From Carcharhinus longimanus (Eukaryota): a stretch of 64,000 nt of DNA. The notes below the pieces were generated by a model. The model saw only the letters and a list, made by a program, of their open reading frames with translations. It made no database searches and was not told the DNA's origin. Shown in pieces: positions 13,385-24,470 of the stretch (its first letter is position 1; every line of letters begins with the position of its first letter). The translations under genes were made by a program, and so were the position numbers. The stretch covers positions 106,416,995 to 106,480,994 of the forward strand of contig JASCQW010000061.1 of NCBI GenBank assembly GCA_030264375.1, in the 5' to 3' direction.

Positions 13385-13728
13385 GTGGCGGCAAGGTGGC
13401 ACAATGGCAAGTGCTGCTACCTCAAAGCGCTCAGATCTGGGTTTGATTCTGGTCTTGGGTAACTGTGTGGAATTTGCACCTTCCCCCCTTTCTCTGTGGG
13501 TTTCCTCCAGGGCTCTGGTTTCCTCCTGCAGCCCACAGATGTGCAGGTTAGGTTGACCGGCCATGCTAAATTGTCCCTTAGTGTCCCAAGATATGTAGGT
13601 TAGGGGAATTAACGGGGTGGATGCATAAGGTTATGGGATAGGGCCTGGGAGGGATTCTCTGTCAGAGAGCTGGGGCAGACATGGGTGGGTCAAATGGCCT
13701 CCTTCTGCACTGTAGGGATTGTATGATG
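13385..13728 (+). mobile_element. HE1-type V-SINE, full length
   Basis: Head ggcggcaaggtggcacaatgg...ggtttgattct, V-domain gggtttcctccagggctctggtttcctcc, tail ctgcactgtagggattgtatg. Confidence 0.9.
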
Positions 13729-14019
13729 AACAATGATGAGCTGGGGGGGAAGTGGGCTGTCATCAGAAAGGCTGGAGTCAGACTTCAGAATATGAAGAGT
13801 ACCACAGCCTTCCTCACACCGAGTCATCATCACTCTCCAGCCTTGTGATGTGACCTGCTAATATGGCCAAAGCAAGCCCATCACTCTGGTGTAATGCCAC
13901 ACTGACCTTTGGAGATGCAGGGAGGGGAGAAGGAATGCTGTAGGATGAGGAATGATAGAGCTGAGGGATTAGGAAATGGGGAGTGGGAAGGAACCCAGAA
14001 TGAAGGAAAGAGGGGAACA

Positions 14020-14101
14020 AGAGGGGAGTGCCCCAGGGATCTGTTCTAGGACCCTTGCTGTTTGTCATTTTCATAAATGACCTCGATGAGGAAGTGGAGG
14101 G
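14020..14101 (+). mobile_element. CR1 RT fragment nested in the Harbinger element
   Basis: GVPQGSVLGPLLFVIFINDLDEEVE. Confidence 0.9.
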
Positions 14102-15110
14102 NNNNNNNNNNNNNNNNNNNNNNNNNNNNNNNNNNNNNNNNNNNNNNNNNNNNNNNNNNNNNNNNNNNNNNNNNNNNNNNNNNNNNNNNNNNNNNNNNNN
14201 NTCCATTCTGGTCTTCTACCTCCTCCTCTGACAAGGCTGCCTATTCCTTCTCTTCCACCTTCACCATGTCACCCCACTGCTGTGTGAGGTTCCGCAGTAA
14301 CAGTAAGGAACCACTATCCATGCCACTCTCTGCGGGCCTCATTTATAGCCGCAGCCTACAGAAGGGCTGTCTTTATATCCCTTCGTTTCTGGTGGGAGGC
14401 TGCTGCAAGGGCCCCTGTGTTAGCCTCCTGGCTCCTTTGGTGCTGGATCAGGTATAGGATGGCTGTAGCCCTGTCGGCAATACCTTTCTGTCTCAGCAGC
14501 AGACAATACCGTTAAGACTAGCTGATCTTGCTGCAAGCCAAAACTCATCTTTTCTCTGTGGGAAGGATGGAGAAGAGGAGGGAGAAAGAGACAGAGAGAG
14601 AGACACACACATTTTGAGACACTCAACATCGTCAATTACCCTATTGCTCTCAAGTCCTCCCTTATCCAAGAGTCATGTAGCTTTGGAAGACTGATGAACC
14701 CTCTCCATTACAGCTGGCTAATGCAGCTGCAGGAGCTGCTACCTCCAAGTGTGAGGTAGCAGGGTCACAGACACTGTCCGCTGCTCCCTCAAACCAACCC
14801 ATGGCTTCTGAGTGAGATGATCCCTAACCTCACTGGACATCATCAATCTCCAAACTGCATTGTGGCCACACAGGGAACAAGTAACTTTTCCACTGGCTGA
14901 TATGCACCCTCCTCCCACAAGACATTTCAGCACCCTCACCTCACTTAACAAAGCCCTCTCCAGTTACCTGGCAGCTGTTCCGACAGCAGTGTGCCCACAA
15001 TGGGCTCTGCTAAGCTCCTCCTGTGTTTCCATGGGAGCCATGATGCGGAGATGCCAGCGTTGGACTGGGGNNNNNNNNNNNNNNNNNNNNNNNNNNNNNN
15101 NNNNNNNNNN

Positions 15111-15292
15111 TCTCACAACACCAGGTTAAAGTCCAACAGGTTTATTTGGTAGCACAAGCTTTCGGAGTGTCACTCCTTCTTCAGGTGCGAGTCTTCATGT
15201 GACTCACCTGAAGGAGTAACACTCTGAAAGCTTGTGCTACCAAATAAACCTGTTGGGCTTTAATTTGGTGTTGTGAGACTTCTTACTGTGCT
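15111..15292. mobile_element. Penelope-like hairpin, family A
   Basis: Arms 15111-15187 and 15205-15278 are near reverse complements. Confidence 0.75.
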
Positions 15293-16112
15293 TTCCATGG
15301 AAGCATAGAGGTAGACGCCTCATTTCTGTATGAGCTGCGTCAGAAATGTATGCTGGGAAATGAAGCCACTGCTGAGGAGTTATAGACTGTTGCACAGTGC
15401 CTCCTGTCTCATTGGGGGAGATGTGGGTTAAAACTCTCATCCAATGCCTCGGAGATGTAGTCAGATTAAGCAGCTGTTGGGCTGAGACAGAAGAGTGAGA
15501 TCCTTCATGGAGCCTTGAGTGATTAACTCAACAAGCAATCCCTCTATGTCATATGGGCTGACTGGCAGAACACTGACTCAGCTCATACTGGCTGATGTGA
15601 TCATTCACTTAACTCTCCTTGGCTGAACCCCTTCATAACCAGGTCTGCAGCTGTGATCTGAAAGGCATTCAGAATGTTTGTCCTAAATGGGACCGCTGTT
15701 CCGGCTGGGACTCATTGTCCTAGAAGGTGAAACCCTCAAAGGCTACACCCTGGACACCAACACCCTGTCATAACTCTCCCTGGACAGCCATAACTCTGGA
15801 AGGCAAAACCTAAAAGATAATAGATAATTTAACTTACAATGGATTCCATTTTCAATGGAAGGGAGGTTGTTTGCTGCTAAATTAAGGAAGATATACAATT
15901 GTTCAAATACAAAGAAAGAGTCACAGTCAGTCTTGAAAGAGCAAGATCCCGAATGTACCTGATGACCTGACTGAGTAGCAGTTCATGGAAGTGTACCAAC
16001 AGGTCAGGGTCGCTGACTGAACCATGGGCAAGCCCAGGGTATCTGTGGATTCCTTTGAGAGTAATGCAGATGGTCAGGGTGCTTGACGTATTCACTGGGG
16101 AAGAAGACATCA

Positions 16113-17168
16113 GGGATACAATTCTCCCAAAAAAATTCAGAGTATTGAATTTGTGAGAAAACTGGAGTAATTCATGCTGTTTCTTTCAGTGGGAGTTCAC
16201 ATTAGAATCTCCCACACTCTGTGCAATGCAAAGGCCACCAGCAGGAGGCGGGGCCTATTCCCACCTGGCACGGCATATAGAGTGGTCTTCAACTGCCAGC
16301 CTCCCTTTTGCTGGCCAACTTGATCGCTGGCCAGCCCAGAACCCCACAGTACTGCCCCCCCCACAACTTCCCCATGGCCCGATCGCAGCCCACCCAACCA
16401 TTCCTGCTGCCACTCCATCCCAAATCCCCTGACCTCCAGCACTCCCCCCATGCAGTGCCAATCCCCAACCCCAGCAGTGCAGACTGCCCTGATCACTGGC
16501 CTCCAGCTTCCCTCCTGCCCCCATTAATCCCAATACAGATTGGCAGCTGGACTCCACCCCACCAATTGTCCTCTAGGCCCAGCCCCCCCCCAATACGCCC
16601 CATCCCTTGATACTGCCCGATGCCTGGTGGGCAGTTTAAATCTGGGTGAACCTGCTATGAACCTCTCATGGGGATCCCCCTGGGGGTGCAAAAATAAGTA
16701 TAGCCCCTAGGGGAGAGGGACATGGCCAGCCAATGGCTAGTAATGTCCCCTGGCACTGTCCCTTGGCACAGATTGGCATTGCCAGGTTGGCATCACACCC
16801 ACATCACCTTGGTGGTGGCAATTTGTGCCAAGGAGCGGACTTCAGTGGGAGGCTCATGGGGGAGAGTGGGGATTAATTTATACACAGTGATGGGTTGGTG
16901 GGGTGAGGGGGGTGCCAGGCTGATGATCGGGGGGGGATGGATAGATGTGGGAAGGGGAGTCCCTGAGACACTATGGTGGGCTGTGCAGGAGGTTCACTAC
17001 AGTTCTGACTGGGACGCCCTAAAGATGGTATCCGGATCACAATGCAACCATGCTTTGCTGGCATGTCATAAGATCTGAAGAGAAAACCAACCTATTATTG
17101 TGGAGGGAAACATGCCAGTTTTCTCGCCGGAAGCAACATTCTGCCATTTGTTTGGTAAAATTTCACCC
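16113..17168. mobile_element. ~1 kb Harbinger-type non-autonomous element (MITE)
   Basis: Left gggatacaattctcccaaaaaaattcagagtattg versus reverse complement of right end gggtgaaattttaccaaacaaatggcagaatgttg; C-rich left half and G-rich right half. Confidence 0.7.
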
Positions 17169-17389
17169 ATATTATATATATTTATGTAAATATGTGACTA
17201 TTGAAATGCAGAGTGAAATTTCAAAATTTGCTGCCAATATCAAACTTAAAATTCTGGCAAATTTTGGCAGAATTGCTAATCATCTGCAAAAGGAGATACA
17301 GGGCTAGTAGAATGGGCACAGAAGTAATAGATGGAATTTAATACAGAAAATTACAGAATTAGCAAATTGTTACAGAATAATTATTACAA

Positions 17390-17685
17390 TAGTTAACACT
17401 GCTGCCTCACAGCGCATTAAAACCTTGTTCAATTCCGGCCTCGGGTTATTGTTTGTGTGGAATTTGCACTTTCTCCTCGCGTCTGCACAGGTTTTCTCCG
17501 GGTGCTCCAGTTTCCTCCTACAGTCCAAAGATTTGCCGGTCAGGTTGATTGGCCATGCTAAATTGACCCTACTGTCAGGGGGATTAGCACAGTATATATG
17601 TGGGGTTGTGGGAATGAGGCCTGGGTGGGATTGTAGTCAGTGCAGATTCGACGGGCTGAATGGCTTCCTGCACTGTAGGGATTCA
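17390..17685 (+). mobile_element. HE1-type V-SINE
   Basis: cactgctgcctcacagcg...ggtgctccagtttcctcc...ggccatgctaaattg...ctgcactgtagggattc. Confidence 0.9.
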
Positions 17686-17799
17686 GAGCAGGTTTGGCAG
17701 AGATTTCAGAAGGAGACCATTTATCTCATTTCTGCCTTGGCTCTCTGATTGAACAATGCACCTAGTTTTGGTCCCCTGCCCTCTACCAGTAACCCACAT

Positions 17800-19220
17800 G
17801 TTCTTCTTACAGATAATAATCCAATTCCCTTTTGAATGTCTCGTTTGAACCTACCTACACCATTATCTGAGGCAGCGCTTTCCAGATCTTCACCACTTGC
17901 TGCGTTAAAAGGTTTCTCTCAAGTCGCCATTGCTTCTTTCTCCAAGTAATTAAAATCCGTGCCTTCACATTTTTTATCCTTCCACCAGTGGGGACAGTTT
18001 CTCCCCATCTACTTTATTCAGACCCCTAATGATTCTGAATACCTCTACTAACTCTCTTCTCAACATTCTTATTTCCGAGGAAACCAGTTGAACTTCTCCA
18101 ATCTATCCACTTGACTGAACTTCCTCATCCTTGAAAACATTCCCCTGAATTTTTTCTGCACTGTCATTAACGTCTTCACATCTTTACTAATGTGTGGGTC
18201 CCAGAATTGGACTCAATCTTCCAACTGAGGGCAAACCCATGTTTTACACAAGTTTAGCATAACCACATTGTTCTTATATTCCAAGCTCCTGTTAATACTT
18301 GCATGCTTCATTACCCAATGTCTCAATCTAACCTGCCACCTTCAATAATTTATGCGCATGTACATTTAGGTCCCTTTGCATCTGCAACCCCCTTTATTTC
18401 ACACTGTTTCTCTCTTTTCCTCCTATCTAAACATTTGTCCAATAAACTTCATCTGCCTATTATCTGCCCATCAACTTGTCTATGCTTTTTTGAAATTCTA
18501 CACTATCTTCCTCATAGTTTACACTCCTTCCAAGTTTTGTATCATCCACAAATTTTGAAATTATGCTCTATATACCAAGGTCTAAGACATTAATATATAT
18601 CGGGAAGAGCAAAGGTCCCAACACCTGGATACTACAATCTTTCTATGGGCAGTAAAACATATATTAAATATTACATTATGTTTCCTGTTGTTCAGCCAAT
18701 TTCATATTGTTGCTGTTATTCCTTAAGCTAAAATTTTGCTCACACGTCTGTTGTGCATCACTGTATCAAATGCTTTTTTGGAGGTCCATTTGCACCACAT
18801 TAGCAGCGTTACCCTCTTGGCTGTCTCTTCAAAATACTCCAGCAGATTTATTAACCATGACTTACCCGTAACAATCCATACTGTCATAACCTATAATTTC
18901 CCAAGTGACTATTATTTTTGCTCTGATTTATCATCTCTTGAAGCTTCCCCACCATCACCAAAGTTAATGGCTTGTAGTCACTGGGTTTATCTTTACATTA
19001 TTTTTACAAGAGTGGTGTGACATTTGCAATTCTCCAGTCCTCTAACACCTCTCCTGAATCTATGGGGGAACTGGAAAATTATTGACAGTGCCTCTGCAAT
19101 ACTCACTCTTCCTTCAATATCCAATAATGTATCCCATCTGTCTTGTTCCCTTATCAACTTTAAGTACTACAGGCAGCCTTTCTAATAACTCCTCCTTAGC
19201 AAATTAAACCTTTCAAGTGT
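17800..19220 (-). mobile_element. Old CR1 LINE ORF2 (RT to 3' end), heavily decayed
   Basis: Reverse-complement CR1 hallmarks: ccagaattggactcaatcttcca, tttgtatcatccacaaattt (KFVDDTK), tttgcaattctccagtcctct (EDWRIAN). Confidence 0.75.
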
Positions 19221-19269
19221 CTGAATTACCTATTCTTTCAGCATGACAGCAGAGAAATATGAGGTGCCC

Positions 19270-19545
19270 CAAAATGGTGCCAAGGATAGGATGTTTTAAC
19301 TACAAGGTTGGGTTGGAGAAGCTGGTGTTTCCATCTTGGAATGAAAGATGTGAGGTGAGATTTGATAGAGGTATACAAGGGTATGACAGATTTGGATAAG
19401 ATAGACAAGAACAAACTATTCTTATTAGCTAATGGTGCAAGGGCTACGGGACATCAATTCAAGGTTCCAGACAAGATATGCAGGGGAATGTGAGGAAGAA
19501 CTTTTTAATGCATAAATGATAATAATCTGGAACCCACTGTTCCAT
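19270..19545 (+). mobile_element. CR1 3' ORF2 fragment
   Basis: gatttgatagaggtatacaag (DLIEVYK), gtgaggaagaactttttaatgca. Confidence 0.7.
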
Positions 19546-21170
19546 GCTTACAGTAGCAGCTTCCAGCTTTGTTTACTTTTCTCTGAAACCACAGCTCGGC
19601 TTAACAAGTACAATGACCATCAACAGTAGAGAAACTTGCATAATCAAACATAGAACAGTTAAAAACCTTGTATTTCCTCCCTTATAAAACAAAATATCTT
19701 ATTTTGAATTAAACGATCCTGAATAACAAATATATTTATATACAGTCATTTTTAGGGTTCAGCTTGTCTATTTTCTCTAAGTATACAAATGGTCTTTGAG
19801 ATACTAAATCTCTGATTACTACTTGAGATCTATGAAGTTGAGGTGTGTTCTGCAACTCTGTTGCATGAACCTGCAAGATACTCAATCTTAAAAGTTTCTA
19901 CTGGTGAAGATGATCTAACCAACTGTAGATTTGTAAGAAGTCGATGGCCAGATACTGATATGGCTAACAATGCAGTCAGTGCTTGGTGATCAGGGCCAAG
20001 AGTAAACTTTCTACTGCACAGATACATGTGCCAATGTTCACAAAATTAAATACAGGCTCCTACTTCCTGCTCTCCAGTCAAGTATTTGCAATCAGTTTCC
20101 AATAATAGGAATGACATAAGCTTCCTTCTTTCTTCCTTCCATTTGCTTCCTTCAATGTACTATGAGACCACAGCTCTGACTGCATTTTCTGATGGATCTA
20201 CTGTGACATTTTTTCTGCATGTGAGTTGAAGTGTGCAAGGACTGACGGAAATGTTGGGCCAGATTCTCAAATCCCGCTGCAGTGAACTGAGTTTTGGTGG
20301 AGTGCCGAATTCTCCATCCATTCTGGCAGTGGCAAAGGGAGTGAACAGCCGAAGAATTCCTGCTGCTATTTTTGTCTTTAACATAATGAAAGATATTTGC
20401 TCTGTGATAGCCATTCCCACTGCGCATCTTTGCACTGTAGCTTCAAATAGGTTCTGCAATCTCTGCATATTGGGAACAAATTTGTGATAAAAGTTGCTAG
20501 TACCAAGTAGCTATAATGTTAGATTGGATCAGAAGCGCATGAATGGTTTTAATATTGTCTTGTGTATACCTTATTTCCGTTCTTGTCATTCTATACCCTA
20601 GAAAGCCAATCTTGGGTGTCCCAAATGTGCATTTGCCTCTGTAGTCAAATGAGCACTGCTGATAACTGACAATTATGATCTGTTTTTTCATGAAGTAGAT
20701 TGAGCGTCCCCTCAACACCTGACAAGAAAGGATCTTCTGGTGTATGCAAGATGCTGAACTTGAGTTGGTTGGGCAAACTGTGTCTGCAACCCCAAGTCTA
20801 AGGATGCATTTATGTGTAACCTCTTTGAATATAACATGGCAGATTTAATTTGGACTGCTAGGGACATCATGACTTTTTTCAAAATTGACTTATCTCCTCT
20901 ATGAGATGTTTCTGAATTTGTGGAATTTAATTATTTGAATTAACTGATCATGAAATGTGTTTATTGTACTAAATTCACATGCACAAGACAATTGCTGCAA
21001 CATTAACATGAATTGTTTAATTGGCTTACCATTTCCCTGGCATTCCTGGTGCAATTGAAATTGATGATTTGAATCATCACACTTTTCCTTGGCCTAAAAT
21101 ATATTTTTAGAACAATTCCTGCCATATCAAATTGAGTTGCTTGTATATTCACCTGCTCTGAGATAATGAA
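19545..21170 (-). mobile_element. Gypsy LTR retrotransposon remnant (gag, RT, RNase H, probable 3' LTR)
   Basis: RNase H MYLCSRKFTLGPDHQALT; RT KCTFG..KIGFLGY; gag-like F.PRKSV and LSCACEF; purine tract (rc of tttcctcccttata ~19673-19686) next to an LTR-like block also seen at ~24419-24461. Confidence 0.75.
20682..20730 (-). mobile_element. ~50-bp micro-element, copy 1
   Basis: Flanked by GATCT at 20677-20681 and 20731-20735; 54/56 match to the reverse complement of 26167-26222. Confidence 0.75.
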
Positions 21171-21174
21171 TCAG

Positions 21175-21655
21175 CAGCATGGTGGCAAGCACTGCTGCCT
21201 CATAGTACCAGGGACCAGGATTCGATTCCCAGCTTGGGTCACTGTCTGTGCAGAGTTTGCATGTTCACTCTGTGTTTGAGTGGGTTTCCTCCGGGTGCTC
21301 CGGTTTCTTCACGCACACCAAAGATGTGTGGGTGAGGTTGATTGGCCATGCTAAATTGCCCCTTAGTGTCAGAGGGAATCAGCAGGGTAAATATGTGGGG
21401 TTGGGGGAGCAGGGCCTGGGTGGGGCTGTGGTCGCTGCACACTCGATGGGATGAATGGCCTCCTTCTGCACTGTGGGGAATTCCATGAACTTCCAGAATA
21501 AGTGACAGTGTTTATTGGAAGTGGTGTTTCTTCCGCTAGGATGTAGGGTGGCAGGGTAAGTATGTGGGGTTCTGGGAATAGGGTGCGGGTGGGACTGTGG
21601 TGCGTAACTCAATGGGCCGAATGGCCTCCTTCTGCACTGCAGGGATTCTGTGATC
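21175..21655 (+). mobile_element. HE1-type V-SINE with an additional tail module
   Basis: Full SINE 21175-21487; second tail ~21540-21655 ending ctgcactgcagggattctgtgat. Confidence 0.85.
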
Positions 21656-21889
21656 CCAAACTCACAGCCAGTCTGTGACAAATTATTTGTCGGCCTGACC
21701 CCTGCCTCCACCTCCCCCCACCTCGCCCCACCATGTGCACCCTCACCTCCCCCCAACCCCCCTCCACCCCCCCCACCCCGCAAACTCTCACCACCTTAGA
21801 ATTGACCAAGTGCAATATCAACAGATGGAATTTATTTTAAACACCCCCTTTCCTTTCTGCTGGAAAACACATGCCTCAACAGATGTTAC

Positions 21890-22545
21890 GAATACAGGGC
21901 TCAGTGAGATTCTTGTCACCTCAGAACGCTGATAGCGTTCCGTGACAAGGATGTCTTGTGAGCCTTGCTGGTGCTGATGACGGATTAAGAATTGGCGATG
22001 CCTCGGAGATGAGCTCGCGGAGGGGTAGGGGGGCTCGGGGCGGGGGTGATGATGGACGTTATCTCTCTGCTGTCATTTCACACTTGACTGTGTGTCGCTG
22101 ATGTCCGGAATGTTCTGTGGGATTCGGATCGCAGCGGCACGATGGGACGGGGTTGGAATTCTCCAGTCCATTTTCCCGGCAGATAACTGGAGGCGAAGCT
22201 ATGCGCTATCAAGAGGAGAGGCAGGATGTATCCTAATAAGAGTATAGGAGAATGGCATCTGCCGAGTCGTTCACCCCCATCGAACCCAACTGACATCAGC
22301 GTGATGCAGCATTTTTTTTTTGCCCAGACTCAAGTGAGAAGCCAGACAAATATCTGGATTGCTCGCATGCTGCAACCATTTGCCTGGACAAAAACGTCGG
22401 GCCCACCCTCAGAGAGTCTTTACTGATTCAAAGCCTCACTCCCAAGGCCACATGGTTGGTTTTGTGAGGCCAGTGAATGTTGCTCTGTGTTTGGGAGACA
22501 CTAACGCACGCACCGAAAGTGCTCCATTTGTGACGCTCGCCACTC
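21890..22545. promoter_or_regulatory. CpG-rich unique island with GC box
   Basis: Roughly 30 or more CpGs by eye in ~650 bp against a CpG-poor background; ggggcgggg at ~22037. Confidence 0.4.
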
Positions 22546-22624
22546 AACACCATGCCTCACCCATCCCTCACTGCACGCACCACAACACTTGGGTCAAAGA
22601 AAAGACTATTTGTGTGGCTCTAGG

Positions 22625-22944
22625 GAAATCCCTACAGTGCACAAGGAGGCCATTCGCTCCATCGAGTCTGCACCGACCACAATCCCACCCGGGCCCTATC
22701 CCCATCACCCCACACATTTACCCCAGCTAGCCCCCCTGACACCAAGGGACAATTTAGCATGGCCCATCCATCTAACCCACACATCTTTGGATGGTGGGAG
22801 GAAACTGGAGCACCTGGAGGAAACCCACGCAGACACGGGGAGAAGGTGCGAACTCCACACAGACAGTGACCCAAGCCAGAAATCAAACCCGGGTCCCTGG
22901 TGCTACGAGGCAGCAGCGCTAACCACAGTACAACCATGCCACCC
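22625..22944 (-). mobile_element. HE1-type V-SINE, full length
   Basis: gagcacctggaggaaacccacgcagacacggggagaagg...gcagcagcgctaaccac. Confidence 0.9.
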
Positions 22945-22957
22945 CTCTGGGAAAGAA

Positions 22958-23267
22958 GGTTTAAAATTTATTTATTAGTGCCACAAGTCAGCTTATATTA
23001 ACACTGCAGTGAAGTTGCTGTGAAAATTCCCTGGTCGCCACACTCTGGCGCCTGTTTGGGTACATGGAGGGAGAATGTAGCATGGCCAATGTGCCTAACC
23101 AGCACGTCTTTCGGTCTGTGGGAGGAAACCGGAGCACCTGGAGAAAACCCATGCAGACACAGGGAGAATGTGCGAACTCCACACAGACAGTGACCGAAGC
23201 TGGAATCGAACCCGGGTCCCTGGCGCTGTGAGGCAGCAGCGCTAACCACTGTGCCACCATGCCACCC
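22958..23267 (-). mobile_element. V-SINE subfamily B, full length
   Basis: Head ggaatcgaacccgggtccctggcgctgtgaggcagcagcgctaaccactgtgccacc plus B-type tail. Confidence 0.9.
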
Positions 23268-23391
23268 TAAGTGGTTAGGATCTAAGTCTAACTCAAGTTT
23301 GTGAGCTATTTGCAACTCGGTCAAAGGAAGTTATTGAGGGATGGTGTCCAGATGTGTCTTGTTTGTGTGGATCAGCTGCAGAGTTCATCGA

Positions 23392-23992
23392 ATCATAGAA
23401 TCCCTACAGTGCAGAAAGAGGCTATTCGGCCCATTGAGTCTGCACTGACCACAATCCCCCCCAGGACCTATTCCTGTAACCCCACATATTTACCCTTCTA
23501 ATCCACTGACTCTAAAGANNNNNNNNNNNNNNNNNNNNNNNNNNNNNNNNNNNNNNNNNNNNNNNNNNNNNNNNNNNNNNNNNNNNNNNNNNNNNNNNNN
23601 NNNNNNNNNNNNNNNNNNTTTGGGGGCGTTTAAGAGATCCGTGGATAGGTTTATGGATGGAAAGGGTTTGGTTTAGGTTAGAGGGTCATTTCTTTTTAAC
23701 TGGTCGGCGCAACATCGTGGGCCGAAGGGCCTGTTCTGTGCTGTAATGTTCTATGTTCTAACATGTAGGGATATGGGGGTAGGGCCTGGGTGGGATTATG
23801 TTCGGTGCAGACTCGATGGGCCGAAGGGCCTCTTTCAGCACTGTAGGGTTCTATGAAATATATGGGGTTATGGGGATGGCACCTGTAGGAGTCAATGGTC
23901 TCCTTCTGCACTGTATGGATTCGATGATTCCATCTAGGTGGAATTGTTGTTGGTACAGACTTGATGGGCTGAATTCACTGTAGGAATTCTAA
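23392..23992. mobile_element. Cluster of SINE and CR1 tails around a gap
   Basis: HE1 tail (-) 23392-23518; CR1 tail (+) 23619-23762 ending gttctatgttcta; three successive HE1-tail modules 23763-23992. Confidence 0.75.
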
Positions 23993-24296
23993 GAGTATCA
24001 CCTTATCGTGGGTCACTGCTACATTTGGACTATCCATCACAATAGCGGGCAAGTAAGTCTTGAACCCTGAAATCCATTGATCCCATAGTATGCATTGATT
24101 TCCCAGTGAAGAGAAACAAAGCTGAGTTGGTAAACTTAAACTTATTGCTACTTGGTTATATATTTCATAGCTCAGAGCTATGCCAAGATGGTACTAGTAT
24201 CTATGTAAAATAATATATTTACAGTGCTATATGCTTGATGCTTTTACTTCTAGTGTTGCTTATGAGAGCCAGGCTAAACTAATCAAGCACTGTGAA

Positions 24297-24417
24297 CACC
24301 TGATGAAGGGGCAAACCCTGAAAGCTAGTGGCTTTTACTATCAAATAAATCTGTTGGACTTTGATATTGTGAGACTTCTTACTGTGTTTACCCCAGTCTA
24401 ACACCGGCATCTCCACA
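24297..24417 (+). mobile_element. Penelope-like terminus, family A (single arm)
   Basis: cacctgatgaagg...caaataaatctgttggacttt...cccagtctaacaccggcatctccaca. Confidence 0.7.
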
Positions 24418-24470
24418 GCATCAACAGCAGACAGACCTATATAATCAAACATAGAACACTTGAACGCTAT

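Larger units (their letters stand above)
10625..15070. mobile_element. Decayed two-gene PIF/Harbinger transposon (Myb/SANT gene +, transposase remnant -)
   Basis: Left-end-like ggctgctattcttccgaaatgggactaagtg; Myb/SANT exons; transposase C-terminal NLTQQWGDM...SEEEVEDQ on minus ~14205-14291; right end not located. Confidence 0.65.

Noticed and set aside
22046-22105. Box C/D snoRNA call
   Set aside because: Short, weak terminal stem, no recognisable rRNA guide; mentioned only as a lead
21890-22545. Telomerase RNA, RNase P/MRP or 7SK as explanation of the CpG island
   Set aside because: No CTAACCCT template or other diagnostic motif seen on either strand
23195-23267. tRNA-like A and B boxes
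   Set aside because: Heads of V-SINEs, continuous with the SINE body; not tRNA genes
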